This document shows, in pieces, positions 57,361 through 64,000 of a stretch of DNA of 64,000 nucleotides. Positions within the stretch are counted from its first letter, which is position 1. Each line of letters begins with the position of its first letter. Below the pieces are notes generated by a model, which ran no database searches, had not been told where the DNA came from, and saw nothing but the letters and a program-made list of their open reading frames with translations. The translations under genes were made by a program, and so were the position numbers. This stretch comes from Carcharhinus amblyrhynchos (Eukaryota). The stretch lies in contig OZ336890.1 of NCBI GenBank assembly GCA_965287045.1, positions 7,688,001-7,752,000 on the forward strand, read 5' to 3'.

Positions 57361-58620
57361 AAAAAAAAAATGCCCTGTCTGCTAATAACTTAACCTTTGA
57401 AGCCACCAAGAATTGGGTGGGGGGAGGGGGATCAACATTGAGACAATGGGCAACTGTTGCTGATCTTCAACATGCTCAGTATCACCGGCTTGATTCCTTG
57501 CACCCAGTTACAAGAAAAACATACATTTATGATACGAAACATTGAGGCTGACTAATGAGTATACCGTGGTGAAGAGAATAGCAAGTCTAGCTCAACAGAT
57601 AAGGGTTTGCTAATGGTTAATGTTTAAAACAAACACCCTACCGAGAACTCTCTTTATTCGCTTTATCTTGTTTCCCTGCTCTTCTGCTTGTTCAAGCCTT
57701 GTGTCTCCTCAAAGATACACCATTCCATTGCTGAAGGAGGTATACAGGTGATCTTATCCCAGGCATCTGTGTCTGCTTGGAGATATGCAAGAAAAGGCTG
57801 ACAAGACAAGTCTGTTGACTCTTCTGTCTTGAGTTCTGCTGTCGTTATGCTGAACCTGCATATGACTGAAAGATACTACCAACTCAATATTTAAAACAGC
57901 TTTTAATAGGGGTCTATGAGGAATTGATGAACCATATTGGAGACCAGTTGAGTTGACTTCTTGAAGAGAGAAAAGTTCAAGTTAATGCTCACCATTAGTG
58001 TCACTGTTATGAACAGTTGGCTGGGCCTCAGCAAACAGTGAGAAACCAGTGTCCATGGAGCCCACACCATAAAGAGAACCTGTACCATCAGGAGAGGAGC
58101 TATGAGTCAAGAATGGGGTACTGGGGAGGAATCATGATATTTATAAGAATCAGGTGGATGACTTGAGCTCCTGCCTATAAAGTGAAAAAGTGTCTTTCAG
58201 ACGTTTGGCACTTCAATCTGTTCTTATAAAATTCCAAAGTATTTCCTATTTTTATATTTCACCTTTATTTTACATCCTAATAAAGCCTGGTTTGTAAGCT
58301 ATTAAGTCCTCATACAGGAAAAGAAATGTTCCCAAACTGCACAGTTAAATAGAATGGAATAACTTCCTGACTGTTAATAATTCTCTTTTCTTTTAAACTT
58401 TTTAGCTGTTTCACAGATGTTCCTTCTCCCCAGTTCTCCCCCTGCACCCCCCTCCCTCCATAGCTCAATTGCACTTCTAAGTATCATATAAATGAAAAAA
58501 TCATGCCTTAACAACTGGAATTTACCAGGTTTTTAGCAGTCAGTATGTACTGTACACTAAACTTGAATCTGACTGCATCTTCAAGATTTAGTAGAAGCAC
58601 AGACCAATGTGGACATCCTG

Positions 58621-58734
58621 TAGTTGGAATTTTTCTGCCTCACTTGCCCGAGGCTTGTAAGATCCTGCCGCGGCTATTCTGCAAGCCTTGCCAGCCCTGA
58701 TTCTGGGGCAGGTGTGCCAGTAAAATTCCGGCCA
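58621..58734. mobile_element. MITE-like non-autonomous DNA transposon (possibly PIF/Harbinger)
   Basis: Imperfect ~30-bp terminal inverted repeats: tagttggaatttttctgcctcacttgcccg vs ggggcaggtgtgccagtaaaattccggcca. Superfamily assignment is a guess. Confidence 0.55.
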
Positions 58735-59469
58735 AAGTTTCTGAGCCATGCACCCATGGAGCCAGTGATCAGCAAAATCTTCCCCTTTTCCCTCATCATT
58801 CCATTAAAAAATTAAGCTTTGCTTAGTAAAGTACTAATTTTTAATCACAATCTGAGGTAACAACTATTGCTAAGCACCTGATTAATTAATAGATTTTCTT
58901 TAAAACCAATTTTTTTCCTAATCAGCTTTTTCATATTTTAGTTCTTAACTTCACCCCATGCCTCTTTCTGTGCTCTGTATTAAAAAAAAGTGATTTGATT
59001 ATTAGTTGGCTGAGTCATGTTGGCTGTCACTTTATAATATGATTGGTTGTTTACTCAATTTGATGACATCGCTGTTACTCATGCTGGGAGGCCCCATGAA
59101 ACTATGCTACAGTCAATTGTGAGTCAACCGTGTTAGAGTTCTTGCCACAAAAATTGCAAGATCTCTCAGCAAAGCCTCCTTCGAGATCAGCAGCAAATAG
59201 CCTTGTTTTGCCACTGACAGTAAAATTCAGGCCATTACGAAATGAATAGGAAAGGGAAAGGTATATTGGCACAGGAGACTTGAAAAATATAATGAATTAA
59301 GAGTGATGTATAAATTGGATTGAATGATATATGGATAGAGTAGCACATAATTAAATGGGCTGCCTTAACCTGATGGAGTTATGTATGGCACAGTTACATT
59401 CATGTCCATAATTGTACATCAGGGCCATTGGGTATCTTTAAGTCTTATTTCTTGGTAAATTCTCTCTGC

Positions 59470-59842
59470 GTTTTCTCCTTAGAGAGTCGAAGGATGAGGT
59501 GTGACCTGATAGAGGTGTATAAGATGTTAAGAGGTATTGATTTGGCTGGATTCTCAAGGCTTTTTCCCAGGGCTAAAATGGCTGCCACAAGAGGACACAG
59601 GTTTAGGGTGCTGGGGAGTAGGTACAGAGGTAAGTTTTCACTGAGTTGTGGGTGTGTGGAATCGGCTGCCGGCAGTGGTGGTGGTGGAGGCGGATTTGAT
59701 AGGGTCTTTTAAGAGACTTTTGGATAAGCACATGGGACTTAGTAAGATAGAGGGATATAGATAAGCCTAGTCGGTAGGGATGTGTTCGGCGCACCTTGTG
59801 GGCCACAGGGCCTGTTTGTGCCGTAGTTTTTCTATGTTCTAA
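59470..59842 (+). mobile_element. CR1/HER1 LINE 3' end
   Basis: FSLESRRMRCDLIEVYKMLRGID..LFPRAKMAATRGHRF; tail ttctatgttcta. Confidence 0.88.
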
Positions 59843-61948
59843 TGATTGAATTGATATCCAAGTATTGAGGAGGCAGATCCTGAGATGATCTAAGAAATAA
59901 ATCCTACACAAATAGGAAAAAAGATGAGAAATTATTAGAGAATAAGGCACTCTGGTATATTTTTGAGATCTGGAGTGTGGGGGTGGGATGAGGTGATATT
60001 GATTTCCAGCTCCTTTAATTCATAAAAGTGAACTACATAGACCAGAAAGTAAATGACCTTGATCAACATGTGGGCCATGGCTTTGGTCATTGAACAGCAT
60101 CATTTCTCTTTGTTCAGAATTTGTGTTACTCACAAAAGATAGATGTGTAAAGATGACCGGAATATATATCATGTTGAACTTTCGATATTAAAGGACAAGC
60201 ATGTTTTGCAGTTTGATTTAATTAAAGGAGACCTTAGGATTTCAAATGGAGAAAAATAAAGCAACTGAGGTGAAAAGCATATGTGATTTTGTCCAAGAGG
60301 TAGCAGTCTCCCTTGGCTGAAATGTAGTTGGAATGGAAAAGCATGGCACTTACTTGCTGTGTGAGTAGCCCTGGGCAAGAAGAGGATCCAAAGAAAACAG
60401 AGGCCAGAGAATTGTGCATCTTCTCAACCCACTGTCTTTCTCTGCAGCAAATGACATAGGGACTTCAATGCCAGAAATGGGGCGTCTGAGTCACATTAGG
60501 TAATGCTTAACACAATTGACCATGATGCAAATCATCTTACAAGAAGGAAAGCTGCTTCCAATGCTTACAAAATAGCAATTTTTTGGAGATTTGAGTTGGA
60601 GGAAACTTCTTCCTAAAGGATTAGTAATGCAGGGTTGGGTGTGACTTTAACTTCCTATGTCAGTGATGTGAGTTATTGTAAAATATTCTGGCCAATGCAT
60701 TCCTAAGTATCCTCAACATTTTCTGACATTAATTTTTATTTCTTAAATTACTATGACACTTTCTCCTTGGCTTCTCTTTACTAATTGACATAATTTACTT
60801 CAATTTTGTAATTAAATATATCCAGAGTATTCTAAGAAGTACTTCCCTATTTGCTGTTGGAGAAAGTGAGTTATACCTCACTTTGTTATACCTCTTGGAA
60901 CAATGTACTATTAAAACTACAGCAAAAATGTGGCCCAAATGCTATGATCCTAGTACAGTATTACTTCATAGAAAAGGGCAATTGTTATATATGTTTCAAA
61001 AACTATTTTTGAGATAGTTCTTACTGTCTCTTTGCTTTGGTCCCGCAGATTGTTCATTTACTTTTTTAATCTTGTCATTACATATCTCCAGTTCTTCCTA
61101 ATGGTTTTCATGAAGAATAAATAATTTGGAACAGTAACAGCATCTAGTTACATGCTGTCTCTCATAATGCACTGGTTTAAAAACGCTGACTATTGCTTCA
61201 ATATTTATAACATTAATTGTTTCAAATAAGGTCCTTTCATTGTTTCTGAAAAAAATGACTGAATCCCATCTTAGAAGTGAAACGACTGACCTAACAGTAC
61301 TAACTCTTGCAAGTGGATGCTTCAAGGATGAAGGGCATGGGGAGGTCAAAGTTTAGCAGGATTATAAAACTTTGAAGTCAAATGTAGTATGTAGATATCC
61401 TCTCATGTTTGTCTTTTGAACTTGCTCTTTATCCCATCATCATTATTGCTCCCCTTGTTCTGGCCCTGCTGTGGTTTCCTTGTGCATTTTGTTAGGTAAT
61501 GAATGCACACTAATAGTATCATGTTTTACTGAGATTTCTACTTGATGGACTTTGCTACCCAACTGAAGTAGTTACCAGACCTTTGCCAGTGGTGCTCTAC
61601 TGTGTGTGTGTGTGCGCTGAATGAATTGATAAGCTCAACCATTTTAGTTACAGAGCTAACTTTAAAACTGAAAGTTTTAATCAGTAACATTAGTAGTAGT
61701 ATTCTGACTTGGTATTATTGCAGCAATAACCACTGCCTTTTGGAAATGAGGGTGAGGGAAGATGTTTTCTTTGAAAATACCTTTGTAAAGAATTGTGTGA
61801 TTTGTATACAGTATTGTTAAAATATCATTTGTGTTTAACATTCTAAGAATAAATGCAAGTGTATCTTTTATAGTAATCCTTTTCAGGCAGAAAATAAAGA
61901 TAGCATTATAACTGAACAAGATGTCCCATTGTTTTTGTTTCCCTTTAG

Positions 61949-62057
61949 GACTCCCTGATCCTTTTGCAAAGGTGGTAGTAGATGGGTCAGGGCAGTGCCA
62001 TTCTACGGACACAGTAAAGAATACCCTAGATCCAAAGTGGAATCAGCATTATGATCT
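61949..62057 (+). CDS. SMURF2: SMURF2 coding exon 3 (109 nt, C2 domain)
   Basis: ttccctttag | GA CTC CCT GAT CCT TTT GCA AAG GTG GTA GTA GAT GGG ... CAT TAT GAT CT | gtgagt = (R)LPDPFAKVVVDGSGQCHSTDTVKNTLDPKWNQHYD(L). Joins exon 2 in frame (C+GA = Arg). AKVVV favours SMURF2 over SMURF1 (AKIVV). Confidence 0.97.
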
Positions 62058-62204
62058 GTGAGTATTTGATTAAATTTCAATGATTATTACTGCAGTGAAA
62101 AGTACAATATCATGCAGCCAGGTCAAATGTTTAGAAACAGTGGGAAAAAGTTTTTTCATGAAAGTAAGGTTTCACAGGTTATTGCAGGCTAAGAAGTTTG
62201 ATTT

Positions 62205-62360
62205 TTGTCTCCCTTTTTTTTTAATTTTCATGGTGGCTACGCAGTCATCGTGTGCTTTGACAAAACACTTATCGCACCCCTAATTACACTTGAGAAAATG
62301 GTGATGAACTGTCTTCATAAATTGCCATGTGGTGAGAGTACAACCAGTGCTGTTAGTGTG
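62205..62360 (-). mobile_element. 3' end of the tRNA-headed LINE family (degraded)
   Basis: cacttatcgcacccctaattacacttgagaaaatggtgatgaactgtcttc, homologous to 7585-7740. Confidence 0.5.
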
Positions 62361-62519
62361 TGCTTACCTGAGGGTTCATGTCCTGAAAGAAATTAAGCTT
62401 TATAAGCAGCCCCAGAGGATCTTGAAAAAGGCTGAATATCAGTTTGAGCATTGAGAATTATTATTTACACCTATAATAATCGTGGTTATTTTGTTTGAAT
62501 GTTTGAGGTGGCAAGAATG

Positions 62520-64000
62520 ATTAACGAAGGAAAGGCACTAAGTGGTGTCTACATAGACATTTAGTAAGGCATTTGACAAGGTTCTTTGTGACAGGCTGGT
62601 ACAAAAGGTCAAGTGTCATTGGATCTGGAGTATGCTGACCACAGAACTGGCTTGGATCATAGAAGACAGAGAAAGCGTGCTTTTCAGAATGGAGATTAAT
62701 AACTAATGGTTTAACAAAGGAGAACAGTACAGCACGGGAATAGGCATTTCTGCCCACCACATCTGTGCCAACACAGATGCCTCTAATATTTTTTTCCCCC
62801 TACATGGTCCCTTTCCCTCTCATCCCTGCCTATTCAGATATCTATCCAGCTGTCTCTTGAACGTTGTTATAGAATCTGCTTCCACCCCCAGTGCCAGTAG
62901 CACATTCCAGGCATTCACCACCCTCTGTGAAAAACTTGCCCTGTGTTCCACAGGGATCAAGGCTGGAACCTTTGTTGTTTGTATGATTTGGAGGAAATGT
63001 AGTAATGGAAAGTATAGAAATGGTTAGTAAATTTGCGGATGAGGCAAAAATTGGCAGTGTTGCAGACAGTGACGAGGATTGTCAAAGGCTACAGCACAAT
63101 ATAGATTATAAGTTTGGGCAGAGAAATGGCAGCTGGTGTTTAATCTGTACAAATGCAAAGTGATGCATTTTGGAATATCAAATTTCAGGTGTGAATTGTA
63201 CAGTAAATGGGAGAACCCTTAGGAGCATTGACACACAGTGATCTGGGTGCATAGATCCCTGAAAGCGGCAACACAGGTGCTAATGGTATTCAAGAAGGCA
63301 TACAGCATGCTTGCTTTAATCGACTGGGGTGTCGAGTATTAAAGTTGGCAAGTTATGTTACAGCTGTATAAAACTTTAGTTCAGCCACATTTGGAATATT
63401 GTGTGCAATTCTGTTGCCATACTACGAGAAGGATGTGGATGCTTTGGAGAGGATGCAAAGAAGTTTACCACGGTGTTGCCTAGTCTGGAGGATTTTGGGT
63501 ACGAGTAGTGATTGAATAAACTCGGATTGTTTTCACTGGGAAGCCAGAGGCTGAGGGGCAGCCTGATGGTCATAAAATATCTTTAGCAAACAGGATCAAG
63601 GAGAATCCCAAGGCTTTTTATGCATATATTAGGAGCAAGTGGGTAGCAAGAGAAACAGTAGACCCGTTTGACAATGGAAGGAAGTTATGCATGAAGCCAC
63701 AGGAAGTGGGTGTAATCCTTAATGAGTACTTTGTATCGGTATTTACCAAGGAGAAGGACATAATTGATGTTGATGTCAGAGATAGGTGTATGATCATTGA
63801 AGAATGTCAGTATATTAAAGGAGAAAGTGTTGAATGTCCTCAACAGCATTAAGGTAGACAAGGCCCCGGGGCCAGATGGAATCTATTCCAGATTACTATG
63901 GCAGGCAAAGGAAGAAATAGCTGGGACATTAACAGATATCTTCACATCATCTTTGACCACAGGCGAGGCTCCAGAGGACTGGAGAACAGCCAGTGTATAA
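62520..64000 (+). mobile_element. CR1 cluster: RT fragment (62520-63568) with a minus-strand CR1 tail insert (62712-62940), followed by a second 5'-truncated CR1 (63569 to window end)
   Basis: KFADEAKIG and QPHLEYCVQF, then an abrupt switch to GHKISLANRIKENPKAFYAYIRSK and KAPGPDGIYSRLLW..PEDWRTA. Confidence 0.85.

Larger units (their letters stand above)
52992..61948 (+). other. SMURF2: SMURF2 intron 2 (8,957 bp, GT-AG)
   Basis: Bounded by the exon 2 donor gtaagt and the exon 3 acceptor tttag. Confidence 0.9.

Noticed and set aside
52953-62057. Assignment of the exons to SMURF1
   Set aside because: NLVKK and AKVVV match recalled SMURF2, whereas SMURF1 has NLAKK and AKIVV. A phylogeny or synteny check would be final.
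1-64000. CRISPR array, prophage, NUMT, endogenous virus or prokaryotic RT system
   Set aside because: No regularly spaced repeats and no viral, mitochondrial or bacterial-type genes seen. All RT-like ORFs belong to eukaryotic non-LTR retrotransposons, and the other short ORFs are consistent with random intronic frames.

Overview
Vertebrate genomic DNA, almost certainly from a shark or other elasmobranch (HE1/V-SINEs, Deu-domain SINEs, HER1/CR1 LINEs, Penelope-like fragments). The window lies inside one + strand gene, SMURF2 (HECT E3 ubiquitin ligase). It holds more than 52.9 kb of intron 1, the 39-nt exon 2 (52953-52991), an 8,957-bp intron 2, the 109-nt exon 3 (61949-62057) and the start of intron 3. 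Both exons encode C2-domain sequence and neither is in the ORF track. The rest is intronic: nested retrotransposon remnants (CR1, Rex1/Babar, RTE, L2, a tRNA-headed LINE, Penelope-like elements, several SINEs), a tRNA-Ser pseudogene, a 181-N gap and a few candidate conserved non-coding blocks. I found no new protein-coding system. The best leads are (i) two young, about 92-93% identical inverted CR1 copies bracketing the frame-neutral exon 2, (ii) an RTE insertion with an ~85-bp target duplication in a three-layer nest, (iii) a tRNA-headed single-ORF LINE with SINE-like derivatives, (iv) a sense-strand minimal hammerhead ribozyme motif and (v) a tRNA-Ser gene block fused to a CR1 5' end. Repeat boundaries are by eye (tens of bp) and family names come from recalled consensus sequences, not database searches.
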